Below, in pieces: positions 1 through 16,399 of a DNA stretch of 64,000 bases; position 1 is the stretch's first letter; the number at the start of each line of letters is the position of its first letter. The translations under genes and the position numbers were made by a program. The notes under the pieces are model-generated. The model saw nothing but the letters and a program-made list of their open reading frames with translations. It ran no database searches and had not been told where the DNA came from. Source of the stretch: the human T2T-CHM13v2.0 reference genome, Homo sapiens; the NCBI RefSeq assembly GCF_009914755.1, contig NC_060939.1; one strand, given 5' to 3'.

Positions 1-85
1 TGTTTCTGTTACAAGTACATTTCTGTTGTTTTTAAGCCAACCGGCTTATGAAATTTCATTTTAGCAGACTGAATGGACTAAGACA
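1..85 (+). mobile_element. 3' end of a MaLR LTR (MST/MLT1-type), truncated by window edge
   Basis: Ends in ...TTTAAGCCA...TAGCAGACTGAATGGACTAAGACA, a typical MaLR LTR 3' terminus. Confidence 0.65.
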
Positions 86-571
86 CGAGACCTTGAAGAG
101 TTTCTGAACAACAAAAGAGAATAAAAGAAAATTGCCTGTTTTCTATTACCTGTTAATAGTATAAACTGTACTGATTATCTGTTTACTTAGTGCATTGACT
201 TTATTGCTTTGTTTTCATGGAATGCAAAAGTATTTGTGTCCTATTAATAGTTCACTCAGGATTATTTCCTTGAAGAGGCTTTAAAGTCCTTAAACACGAA
301 TCATCTTACCACAAATTCTCCTTATATATACAAGATTTTGACGTGAATATGGCATTCATGACCAAGTAAACTGTACTATTAAAATTCTAATTCTTTTTGC
401 ATTTGTTCTTATTGTCAACAAATTTTAAGTAAAATAAAATTAGATTTACATCCCATATCAACATTAGTTTTAAATAAATTTAAGATTTAATTGTAGTAAA
501 ACTATAATAATTCTAGGAAAAATGCATAGGTTATTATTTATATAATATTGAAAATAGGTTGTCAAAAGCTA

Positions 572-955
<384 letters not shown>

Positions 956-1479
956 TTAATACACACAAAAAAATTTGGGGGGAGCAAGTCTAAAGTAAGA
1001 GCATTTCAGTAGATGATCCAAATGTAGAGCCACTTTCCCAAGTGGCCTGTGCTGTGTGAATCCTCAAACTCCTATAGAAACCAGAAGATAAGAGTAACCT
1101 CAAGGAAAATGAGTAGAACTATATTTCTTTTCAAACTTGGAATATGGAGAAAGAACCTGTTAGATTTCGTTTTTAAAAGGAATGAGATGTGACATTTCTT
1201 ACACCTAAATGTCTTTCAACAGTACGTATATTTCCTTGCCTACATTTTCTGAAAAGCAAAGATTGCACCTTAAGGAAAAATGCTATTTTATGCTCTAAGG
1301 GAATCTTGCTAAAGCATAGTGCACGTTTTGAAAAATAAACAAAAACAAAATAAAACTAAAGTGGGGAGAGGTTTTAGTGAGATTAAAAGATATATGAAGT
1401 GCTTGGGGTGGCTCCAGAATGTCTCACTATGGGGCCTGCACTTGCTCTTCCCTGGTGTGGAACACACTCCTTCCATATC

Positions 1480-1790
1480 TGCCATGGACTTGCTCCCTCA
1501 TCTTATTCAAATTTCAGCCTAATCATCACCTCACCAGAGAGGCCTTCCTTGATCCCTTATCTAAGTAGCCATACGTTCTTTCTCATCATTCTCTGAGCTA
1601 TGTCCTATTTCATCTGTGGCTGAAGTTATAGTAAGCATTTCTTCATTTAACTATTTATTTTCTGTCCTCTACGCTAGTTTCCCCAACCCCACAAGGTCAG
1701 GAACTTTGTTTTATCATTATTTATCCTCAGGGCCCAGAGGGGGTTCCTGGTATAGAGTAAGCGCCCAATAAAACATTTGTTGATGGAATA
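1480..1790 (+). mobile_element. L2 LINE 3' fragment
   Basis: ...TCACCTCACCAGAGAGGCCTTCCTTGA... and terminal CCTGGTATAGAGTAAGCGCCCAATAAAACATTTGTTGATGGAAT resemble the L2 3' end. Confidence 0.7.
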
Positions 1791-1959
1791 TACAGTAAGT
1801 ATTAAGTGGTGCTCATTATAGCTAGAGGAAGAGCAATCCATCCTTTTACTCGTGGTTCAGATCTTCAGTGTGGACCTTGTGCACCTTAGAGTAGAGGTGA
1901 AGAAGTGGAGCTGGGGAGTCATCCAGACAGAGGTATTTGCCACCAACTTCTAAACTTGT

Positions 1960-2640
1960 GAAAAAAAAATGAATCTACTGAAAGGTTGCAGGAATAGTGC
2001 AGAAAACACTTATATACCTTTCAACTAAATTTATCAATTATTAAAATTTCTTTTCTCTCTCTCTGTCACCACACAAATATACATATAGATAGATAGACAC
2101 ATACAGACATACATATATACATGCATATACATACGGATGTGTACACACACATACACACACACACTTTTTAACTAAACTATTGGAGAGGCAGTTATGGGCA
2201 TCATCACATTCAACTCCTAAATACTTCAGCAGGCTATCTTTAAAGACCAAGGACATTCCCTTATAAAACCACAATACAGCTATTGTACTCAAGGAAATCT
2301 AACACTAACACAATACAATTGTCTAAAAAATTATTAGTACTCAAATCTCCCCAACTGCCCTAATACTGTCCTTTGTAGATGATGTATTTTAACACAGATG
2401 CAGTACAAAATCCACATCCCAACCAGCTAATGTGTATCTTCAGTTTTTTAATTCCCCATCTTTGTTTGCCTTTCATGACATTGATGCTGTTGAGTACGGT
2501 CCAGTCATTTTGCTTAACGCCACTCAGTGAGGACTGGTTTGATTGTCTCCGCATACTTAGATTTCAGTTATGTATTTTTGGCCAGAATGAGAGAGAAATG
2601 ACAGTGTGGTGTCTTCCATGTACCACATTACGGGGTAACA
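1960..2640 (-). mobile_element. Old L1M (L1MC-like) 3' region containing a (CA/TA)n-rich tract (~2068-2163)
   Basis: CCTAAATACTTCAGC...CCAAGGACATTCCCTTATAAAACCACAATAC motif typical of L1MC 3' ends; similar to the element at 55020-58030. Confidence 0.6.
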
Positions 2641-2654
2641 CAGATGCAATTTTG

Positions 2655-3000
2655 ACTCCTGGCTTGTATTTACCATGTGACCTCAGGTAATTTGCATTAC
2701 ATCTCTGAACCTTGATCCCCAAATGTATAAAATGAAGATACAAATACTAACTTTCTGATGAGATATTTGAATAAGAGAATGTATAAAAAGCTTTTACACT
2801 GAGTCTGATTCTGGCTCTGTCATTTATCAGCTGTGTAACCTTGGACAAGTTTCTTAACTTCCCTGAACCTCAATTTCTTGACCTATAAAATGGAATTATA
2901 GTAACTAACTCTTAGCAATTCTGTGAAGATTAACAGAGACTACATGTCCAAAGTCCTGGAAAGAGTGGCTGGCATAGAATAAGTATCTAATAAATGTCAA
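2655..3000 (+). mobile_element. Two adjacent MIR SINE fragments
   Basis: MIR core-like CTGTGTAACCTTGGACAAGTTTCTTAACTTCCCTGAACCTCAATTTC...TATAAAATGG. Confidence 0.75.
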
Positions 3001-4567
3001 CAAGTCTCCTTGTTACTAATAAATGACATGTGAAGTCATAAAATGATGTCATCACAGCTTTTGAAGTCTAAAACTGCTTGTTTCTCCTCCATATCCCTGG
3101 GGTGCTTTGTAGAAACATGTGTCTTCCTTTTACAGCTTTTCTCTCTTCTCTGTCAAATTAACAGCATGCACTTTTGTTATGATCATAGGACAACCTAGCC
3201 TCACTTTTCAAATTTGTGGCTAATAGCCAGCCCTTGGTAGTGGAATCTAAGTGATTATGTTTGATAAAACTCAGTATAAATAGGTAAAAACCTGATCCTA
3301 TGTTACTTCCTTCTTGCCTCCTTTTATTTTTCTCATTTAATTTAATGTTAAGCAGCTGAGTAAATACTCATTCAAAATGCAGTGAACTGAAGTACCTGTC
3401 ATCTAGTTTAAATAGCATAATGCCCCATGGAGTGACCCTATAGGGTCAGTACGATTTAATATCTTTATCACGGGCTTGGTGAAGAATTAAGAACATTTCC
3501 ATCAGTCTGCCCAGGCACCAAGCAGTGTCTTTCTATCCAAAGCCTGACTTTGCATATGGTCATCAAGAGGAAGTTGGGGGCCCTAGGATCAGTCACAGGA
3601 GAAGCCCTAGTCCCTTGTGGGTCCCCTGTACCATGCTCCTCAGCCCAACTCCATTCCTGACCTGTGCCCTGGAAGTTGACTGCAGATCTGATTCTCTGGT
3701 TTATCCCTCAGTGGTCCTCTGTGGGCATGATTCTGTACTCAGCCTCTGCAGTTCATCTGCATTTGGTCACCTCATGTTACAGCCTTGCTTCATCCATCCC
3801 TCATGGCAGTTCACTGAGCCAGCGAGCAACCTCTCCAGCCTCTCTGGCCTTCCAAGAAGGGTAATTAACCAACAACAAGTTCAAGCCAGCTTCCTCTGGT
3901 TGAACTCCATAACAGATGTCAGGCTCAATCCAATATTCAGCCCAACTGTTCCTTGGCACTAGATGAAGATGAAAATCATTTTATTTATCTATTTTAAACC
4001 AACCTGCATTATCATATTTAGAGACACCTCTAATGCCAATGAACATCTTAAAGTGTAGATATTGCTAAGCCTTTCACTTCCATTTTCCCCAAAGCCTGCA
4101 GATGTGATAATGCAGTATTTAAAGTGACTGTGTCAGGAGTAACTGATTAGAAACTTTCCTAATTAAGAAATGCTCAAGAAAATGTCTTTTTCTATGTCGC
4201 ATGTAGCTCTTCACTTCTGTAACTTGAACAAAGCTGAACTCCTTCACAAAAGCAAAAGTTAAAAACAAACAAACAAAAGTTTTCCTAGGAGAGTATAATC
4301 GGTTGCCCTCCCTGCTGCGGGCAGACATTTTATTTGATTTTCCTATCTGGCCTTTCTAATGCATGAATTTTGTCTCCCTCATGCTACAAAAATAATACAA
4401 AATTTTCTGGCTCATTCTTCCTTATGGGCTAGAACCAACAGTTCAGAAGCCAACAAGTGAAAAGCAAAGAACAATGCTAAAAACAACATCAATCAGATAA
4501 GGGGGCTATAGAAGAATAACAAAACATAGCAAAACATGGTGGGTTTCAATCAGGATAACTAACTCTA

Positions 4568-4904
<337 letters not shown>

Positions 4905-5529
4905 ATAATAGGCAACTGGAATATCCTTCTGAATTATAAAAGCTCAAATTCAATTTCAGTCTGCCTTGTATGTGCCAATTGGCTAAATGATGAAAGATAG
5001 ATAAGAAAGACTCTGTTTTTGCACCCTGGTTAGGACGGGAGACAAATATGTTCATGTCATAGAAAACTGTATTGTCATATACTAATCATTGCTTCCTTTA
5101 GCATTGGGGGCCTGGAAAACTATTGAGCAGGACATTGAAGGGTGAGTAGGAGTTTGCAGCATGAATGTGAGCAGGAAAGACAAGGAATAGCACGAGGCAC
5201 AGTGTGGCCTATTCATAGACGAAATGGCGGGAGATGAGAGCAGAGTGAAGACGGCAGACAACCTAGAGGAAAGCATGCACCATGCAACTGGGATTTGAGT
5301 CATACGTCCTACATCCAGCCGTGCCAAACTACTTCCAATCCCCTTACTGTATCTGCCTTTTTCATGCTTTTGTGTTTCTGCGCATGTCTTCTGCCTGAAA
5401 TGAACTCGGACTGTTCATCTTGGCAATATTTAAACCTTCTTCCAACACTTATTTCTAGCCTTTCCTACTAGGTGAGGGCTTCATCAGAGCCCCCACCCTC
5501 CACTACTGTATGGTAGTATAAAAGAGATT

Positions 5530-7830
<2,301 letters not shown>

Positions 7831-7899
7831 CAGGTGAAAAAAACACACATACACACACAACAGGTTTAATATTTATAAGCCTGTTAAAAAATTTGGATG

Positions 7900-8363
<464 letters not shown>

Positions 8364-10288
8364 TTATTTATGAAAATATTGCAAACTTAAGAGTAACATC
8401 AGAGAGACTGTCTCCTAAAAATTAAAATGCCCCTAGTACTGAATCATCTGTGGACCAAAGAGCCACAGATGGAGTGCGACTTGTCTGTGCTTCTTCTGAT
8501 TCTGGGAAATCTTTTATGATCTGGAAAGAGCAAGTTTGTTTAAAGGAGGTCACCAGCGTTATTCACTCAAACAATCTATCCTAGTAATACAAACAATCTA
8601 TGTTTTACTTTACCTATTTTTGAAATGCATGTTTTAATTGGGTGATTAGCCAGTTTTGTTAAGCATGTTATTACAGACATAAAATATTTTATGAAAGGAC
8701 TACTTGAAAAAATATACAAATGTAAACAAAACCAAACAGAAAAAAACAATCCAAATCTAACTGTGCAATTATTTTAAGAACAAGATGCATTCAGCCAAAT
8801 GCAAGCACAGCTAACCCTTTATTTAGCTGGATTCTACCTCTCTCTTTTTCCAGACCTGTTGGTATTCGACTTTAGAAATTGAGACTGTTATAGCTGGACA
8901 AGTTGCACTGTTGACATGTTCATTGGGTCCTGATTCCCAGCCTGTGTTTCAGGCATGCAAGTCTGCTTTTATGTCAACAGGGTTTTGTCAATTTGCTACA
9001 ATGCAATTTGTTAAGTTCAGAGCACACTTAACATCAGACACAGCAGATGTCCTAAATACTCACACAATACAGAAGACAGACATTGTTAGGGCAGAAAGCA
9101 GTCACTTTAGCCAGGGGTAGGTAGACAAAATGAAACATCTCTTTCCATATAGCACAAGGCCCCCAGTCAGAAGGAAACGCATAGCATTATCCATGCAAAG
9201 TGCAGGGGTAGGGTAAATTTCATGAGGTCAGAATATAATTATGTGGTCAGGAATTTCCCTTCTCCAAGCCCTGGGGGAATAAAACACCCCACTCATATTA
9301 TGTCATAACCACATATTTGAAATATCTTGGACACGATCCAGGAGCCAGTTTGGGATTTTCTTTATTCTTTCTTTCTGAGCTGGGAAGGCAATTACATGAG
9401 ATGAACTTAATGTGTGTAGAATTCTAGAGCACGGTATCTGCAGTGTTTGCACATCGAACTGGAGTTACTTTTTGCTACCTATGCAGAGTTTGCAGATGAG
9501 AGAAAAGTCATGGCTTCCTTTTTTTTAATAAAATGTTCATCCATTTTTGTAAGTTGCCCCCAAAACATCACAAGAGGAAAAAAATAACTACCTCCTCATT
9601 TGTATTGTCCTTGGCAACAAGTTCAACTGCTCAAAATTAATTTTGCCAATCATTGCACCTTGTAAAGGGCTTCTCTGTAAGTCAAGAGATATAACTTCCA
9701 GCATACAGCAAAGAAAACTCCTAAGTGAGCAATAAAGATAACTCTTGGGTACCTTCCTGATAATAACAGAGCCCAGCTTCACTGCTGGTTCTGTTCATTC
9801 TATGAGAGTTTCTTACACCCTTGTTTTTGATCCTGTCAATTAAAATAAAAAGACTTTTTTTTCTTTTTATTCCCATAACTCCATTAAAAAATCTACAGAA
9901 CATGAGAGCAGGAAGTAACGTTCATGCAACATTTTTTAATGTGTGTTTGTGTTTTATCTAATTTAATCATTACAGCAAATGCTGTGACATAATTTGTGGC
10001 AGAAAGGGAAACTAAGTCTCAGGATCAGACATCTGCAAAAGGCAGAAACCAGATACAAAACCCGGATCTTGGGGACCCAGTTGGAATCCCATTTACCAGG
10101 GTCGGGTCTCCAACGCCCTAGTCGTTTCAAGCTAGTGAGAGTGCCCGTCAGGTGTGAATCCAGGATAGCAGGGACAGGGAGGAGCTGCCACCGATATGAG
10201 AGGCAGAGATCCCGGAAATGGTGCTTCCCTTCTTCCAGCAGCCCAGGAAGATGACAAGCTGAAAGTCCTCAGTAGAGATGCACTTTGC

Positions 10289-10302
10289 CTGCCCCCTGGT
10301 TG
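10289..10302 (-). promoter_or_regulatory. Candidate CTCF core motif
   Basis: Minus strand CAACCAGGGGGCAG is one mismatch from the CCASYAGRKGGCRS core; it sits in a locally CpG-retaining stretch (10070-10300). Confidence 0.4.
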
Positions 10303-10332
10303 TGACACCTATACTTCCCACTTCCAGCAATT

Positions 10333-10582
10333 TTTTTTTAAATGGAGTCTGGCTCTGTCACCCAGGCTGGAGTGCAGTGACGGGATCTCGGCTCACCACA
10401 ACCTCCGCCTCCCGGGTTCCAGTGATTCTCCTGCCTCAGCCTCTTGAGTAGCTGGGATTACAGGTGTGCACCACTGCACCAAGCTTTTTTTTTTTTTTTT
10501 TTTAAATAGAGACAGGGTTCCACTTGAACTCCTGACCTCAGGTGATTCTCCCGCCTCAGCCTCCCAAAGTGCTGGGATTATA
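10333..10582 (-). mobile_element. Alu SINE (AluS-type), slightly 5'-truncated with a small internal deletion, 16-bp TSD
   Basis: TSD CCCACTTCCAGCAATT at 10317-10332 and 10583-10598. Confidence 0.93.
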
Positions 10583-10950
10583 CCCACTTCCAGCAATTCT
10601 TTATAACAACAAGCCCAGTACTTCTCACTCAACTTTCAAAGCTAGTTCAAAGCCAGTTTCAAAGATATCCATCCAGTTTTTTCTCATCCCACTAGTTGGG
10701 ATTCAGCTCTTTCTGAACTCTCTCATTACTCTTTGTCTATGTCACTATTGTGTCACCCGACCACCGAGGATCATAGTTAGCTGTGACTGTATCTATATCT
10801 CTCCCCCTTGCCAACAAATGTTAAGCATCTTACAGGGAGGACCTGGTTTTTCTCAACAAGTATGTTTCACTTAAGTAAACACAATGATCTGCTCGTGTAG
10901 TGCCCTTAATAAACGTTGATGCTTCCTACATAAAACTGCATTCTGCAAAC

Positions 10951-11047
10951 TTTCTATTTGAGAAAGGAACTGGAGTCCAAGGGGCACCTCCCACCAAAAC
11001 AACAGGTGCATTGGTAGCACCTGCCACTGCTGCTGCTGCTGGTGCCT
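10951..11047. repeat. Left arm of a 97-bp inverted doublet (partner 11951-12047)
   Basis: Manual alignment to the reverse complement of 11951-12047: 87/97 identical, no gaps. Confidence 0.95.
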
Positions 11048-11149
11048 TAGTGGAAGGAAACTTAAATAATGGCAATTTTATATGTTTATAATATTTATAA
11101 AATATATAGTAAGCTACGTATGTAGTCCGAGAAAAATGTCGCATATCAT

Positions 11150-11335
11150 ATATCATTTAATCCTCACAACTCCCTTATAACATAGGTATGAATGCTGTAT
11201 CATGTTGCTGTGTAGATGGAAAAACCAGGACTCAAAGAATTTTAGCTCTGGACTAAGTGCTCAGTGAGTTAGTGATAGAGGCCAGATTCAATCCCAGGTC
11301 TGCTAACTCATAATCCAAGGCTGGCTCTTTTTAGC
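11150..11335 (-). mobile_element. MIR SINE
   Basis: TCATTTAATCCTCACAAC...GATAGAGGCCAGATTCAATCCCAGGTCTG, antisense MIR. Confidence 0.7.
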
Positions 11336-11950
11336 TGCACTTCAGTGTTTTCAAAGAAACAGACAATTGGCTTTCAGCATTCTCTCCACCCTGTCCCCTT
11401 CCACCTTCCCTCTGTGCATGGCCTCTCGTGGGCACATCCAGAGCTAGCATGCTGGGGTCTCTCATTCCGCTCCCACCTCCCTGTGCTTCCCTGTATATTT
11501 TCCTGGAAATGCCACGAGCCAGATCAACCACTCATTCAGGACCTAGTTCATCTTGTTCATCTTGCCGCTGTTGTTTACTCATTCGGGGGGGCGGGGGGGG
11601 GGAAATGATAATATATATAAATATAAAATATGTCAGGAATAATATCTTCTTCTCTCCTTCATATCACAGTCTCAATATCTAAATACTGTCTTGTCCTGAG
11701 AGTTTCTGGGCTTTCTCATCTTGCCAGTTCCTCTGGAACATGTATGTTACCCCTTCCTCAAACTTTCCTGCCTTTCTCTGTCTCTATTTTTGTCTCTCTC
11801 TCCTTCCAGTCAGGCAGGAAAGTGACAATTCTGGAAAATGACTAAAGAAAGCCTGACTCATCACCTAAGTCCCAGGGCCTGCAGGGTGGAGACCTCCTTG
11901 CCCATTCTGTCCAGCTGAGGTCCAGCAAAGCCAGCCTGTGCCAAGACGCC

Positions 11951-12047
11951 AGGCACCTGCAGCAGCAGCAGTGACAGGTGCCGCCAATGCACCTGTTGTT
12001 TCGGTGGGAGGTGCCTCTTGTACGCCAGCTCCTTTTTCAAATAGAAA
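11951..12047. repeat. Right arm of the 97-bp inverted doublet; E-box (CACCTG/CAGGTG) rich
   Basis: Reverse complement matches 10951-11047; keeps CpGs lost in the left arm. Confidence 0.95.
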
Positions 12048-12184
12048 ACTTGTTCTTGATATAATTACAGTGATAAGGCTGTGTAGCATGACAGATAACC
12101 CAAACCTGCTGCTGTTGCTGCTGCTGAATCCACTACCATTTGTTGCTTCAGTGATCACTCATGGCCAGAGAGCATGTATTGTAA

Positions 12185-12525
<341 letters not shown>

Positions 12526-13015
12526 ATATTGTAGTTTTCTATCCCTTTGCAGGGTGAAGAAAAGCAGAGCAGATGGTTAGCTGGTCATCTGTATCTTCTT
12601 CTCTACCAGACCTCAAATTCTGCTGGGCTCCAGAAATTTTCCATTTACTTGAAACACTTTTCCCGAAGGTTCAGAATGGGACTACAGGTCAGAAAAGAAG
12701 GTCCACAGTCTCTCTGATCTGACTGTCTCAATGAGAGCATATCAGCCCCTTCTTCCAACTCCTTAATAACGAACTGGGAGATATCATGTGACACAGGACC
12801 AAAGAATGATTCAGCACTGACCCTGCCACCACTCATAATGTGAATTGAGGCAAATCGTTCTGTTTTCCTGGGTCTCAGTGTTCCCATCTATACAATGAGA
12901 GGTTTGTAATAACTGAGATCTTCAGATCCTAGCCAGCCCCACTCTGCAAGTTGTAGTAAGTGACCATTTTCTGACTCCTGATTATCCCACTTGCAAAATT
13001 GGAATCTATCATGGG

Positions 13016-13165
13016 ACCTCTTCTTAGGCCCCATGTTCCAATGCTGTGGCATTGGGGATTAAGTTTCCAACACATAAACTTTGAGGGACACATTCAAACC
13101 ATAGCACTAAGTGCTGAATCCTGTTCAAATTCCTGCATGCTTCCTCAGTACCCATGAGTATTCCT
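13016..13165. repeat. Direct local duplicate of 15135-15272 (MST LTR end plus unique flank)
   Basis: About 5 substitutions over ~120 aligned bp plus a 12-bp indel. Confidence 0.95.
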
Positions 13166-13879
13166 TTATTCTCCAGGATATTTGACAGGATGACCTGTGA
13201 TAAAAGTCATCTGTTGCGGGGAAGTGTTGTCTCGCAGAGCTGGAGAAGCTACCAGCATTTCTCCCAGCAGCCAGGGATGCCGCCATCGTTAGCTTTGCCC
13301 CTTGTGAAAGCTCTTAGAGAGAGAATTGGTCCCTCTTTGGGATCCCTGTGCCTTCCTTGCCTGGATCATTTCTTACCATGAAGGTGTATCCTTACTGAGA
13401 AGTGAGTCACATTTGAGTAGAGCTAAAAAAATAAATTTGCAGTAAATTTGGCCTACGAGAGGTCTCCCAGACCATCTAGTACAACCCAGTAGTATAAAGT
13501 ATCTCTTCCAAAATATTCAGCCTCAGTTTGAACACCTCTGATGGCAGAGAACTCACTATTTCACAAAGTAGCCCATCTAATGTTTGGCTAACTGAAATTA
13601 TTAATAAGTCTTCCTTTCATGCTGAAACATGCCTGAAATATGCCTTTCTGAAATATCTAAACATTGATCCTAATTTTGCCCTGTGTAGCTTCACAGACGA
13701 ATTAATCCCACCAATCTCTCCACCCTGACCTACATCTACCACACGAGGCCCTTCATGCCCGTGGTCCCTTTGCCCGCAGTTGCTGCTAGTCCTTATACTG
13801 CACCGGGGACCGCCCTCCACACATCCTCTCACTTGACCATATCTCTTGTGAAAGAGGTGAAAGCAACAGTTTCAAAGCT

Positions 13880-13996
13880 GTTGCTTCCGGGAATCAAAAC
13901 ACCATTCTTTATAGAATAGTGAGCTCTGCCTGACTTGGCCTTGCCTCTGTTTGAGAAAGAGCTTGAAAGTCAGAACTCCCTAAGTTCTATCCACTC
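13880..13996. repeat. Direct local duplicate of 15909-16030
   Basis: About 16 substitutions over ~116 bp plus a 5-bp indel (manual alignment). Confidence 0.92.
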
Positions 13997-14292
13997 TGAC
14001 CAGCATGGGACAGTATGTCACCACCTCCCACACTGAATACCATTAAGAGAAGCAATTTTAGGGCATGGGGTAGACATACCAGAAATAATCTTTGCACGGT
14101 TTTTACCAATCAGTAAAGCACTATCATATCAGTTAGCTCACTTAAACTTCACCTCTGCCATATGCTATAAGAAAATATTATTAACATCTTTAATCAATTA
14201 AAACAAGAATCTGAGGCTCAGGAAGATGGGTCACCTGTTTTTGGGGATCCTACTTGTCTTCATTCATTTTGTGTTGCTATATGAGAATACTA

Positions 14293-14972
<680 letters not shown>

Positions 14973-16034
14973 TCAACCCATGGTGGAGAATGGAAGGGCA
15001 AGAGATAGTGAGAGAGCAAGAGAGAGATGTGGCCAAACTCATTTTCATAACAAGCCCATTCTCCTGATGACTAACCCATTCCTGAGACAACAACATGAAT
15101 CTGTACCTAAGGGCAGAGCTCTCATGAGCTAACCACCTCTTCTTAGGCCCCAAGTTCTAATGCTGTGGCATTGGGGATTAAGTTTCCAACACACAAACTT
15201 TGAGGGACACATTCAAACCATAGCACTAAGTGGTGAATCCTCTTCAAATTCCTGGTACCCATGAGTATTCCTGGATGCTTGTTCCATGTCCATGCTAGTA
15301 TATAACCCCTAAGTCCTCGTCCCAACAATGTTCTCTTTTAGTGTGAAGGGTACATGGGCAATGTACCCTGGGTTGTCTGGATTCCAGACAGCTGCCCTCT
15401 TGCTCCTTGTATTTACTTCCCAGACGATCAGCTGCTTGTCTGCTTGTTTTGTATCAGTCAGCATTTTTCCATTCCCATCCTGTCCTTCCCTGCCTTCACC
15501 TTCTGCCGCTTGCGTTCCAGCTCTTCGCTGTCATTGTCACCAGCCTTCCTTCTCTTCAGAGGGGGAAAAACAATCCACTTATCTCCCCACCTTATTTTTA
15601 CTCTTGGCTCTAATGGCCTTACTCAGCAATTTCTTCCAAATAGCATTTGTATTATCTTATTTTCCCCAAGCACATTTACCAGCCAAGTGTGATTCTGTAA
15701 ATAAGGAAATCTGGTTATAGGGGCCAAGAAGTGCATGATCCCAACAAGCTGCCAGGAAGAATAAGAAGCCGGAAGCCCCCTGAATGGGAGGGGATGGCAG
15801 GGAGGGGTGCTGCTTTCTAGGCGGACGCTTCTCGGAAGGTTTGAGGCCCGGTGGTTACTCCCTCCCCTAGTGTTTGCTGTTGCTGCTGCTTCCTGGCATT
15901 TTGAAGTGGTTGCTTCCAGAAATCAAAATGCCATTCCTTATAGAATGCTGAGCTCTAACTGACTTAGCCTTGCTTCTATTTGAGAAAGAGCTTTAAAGTC
16001 AAAACTCCCTGAGTTGAGTTGTATCCACTCCCTA

Positions 16035-16205
16035 CAAATCCAGCTGTGACCCTTGGGCACATAGCTCCATCTTACTTACCTTATTTTCTTCATCTTTAAA
16101 ATACAGGTATTTGTATCTTCCAAGTAGGGTTGCCAAAGGATAGAAGGGGCTATTGCATATAAACTGCTTGGCATATAGCAGGTGTTCAGGAACTATAGTT
16201 ATTAA
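16035..16205 (+). mobile_element. MIR SINE
   Basis: CAGCTGTGACCCTTGGGCAC...TTTTCTTCATCTTTAAAAT. Confidence 0.6.
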
Positions 16206-16399
16206 TTGGAAGTCTCACACATTTGTTACAACTGAGAACCTGGAAGCTGCTTACCACATTAATCCAAATGTTAGGTGATAGTGGGTGAAAAGGTCTAAGA
16301 AACATCTTTCCACATCTGAGTCCCCTTTTCAGGCAGCCAGGTCATTGGAAAGCCGTGCTAGGATGGGACTCATAAAGGCTAGAGAGAGTATTTCCCAGC

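Noticed and set aside
8568-8601. 12-bp direct repeat CAAACAATCTAT x2
   Set aside because: Too short to separate from ordinary slippage or micro-duplication
10951-12047. Inverted arms as TIRs of a ~1.1-kb DNA transposon
   Set aside because: No TSD, no recognisable hAT/TcMar terminal motif, no transposase remnant; the spacer holds an older MIR
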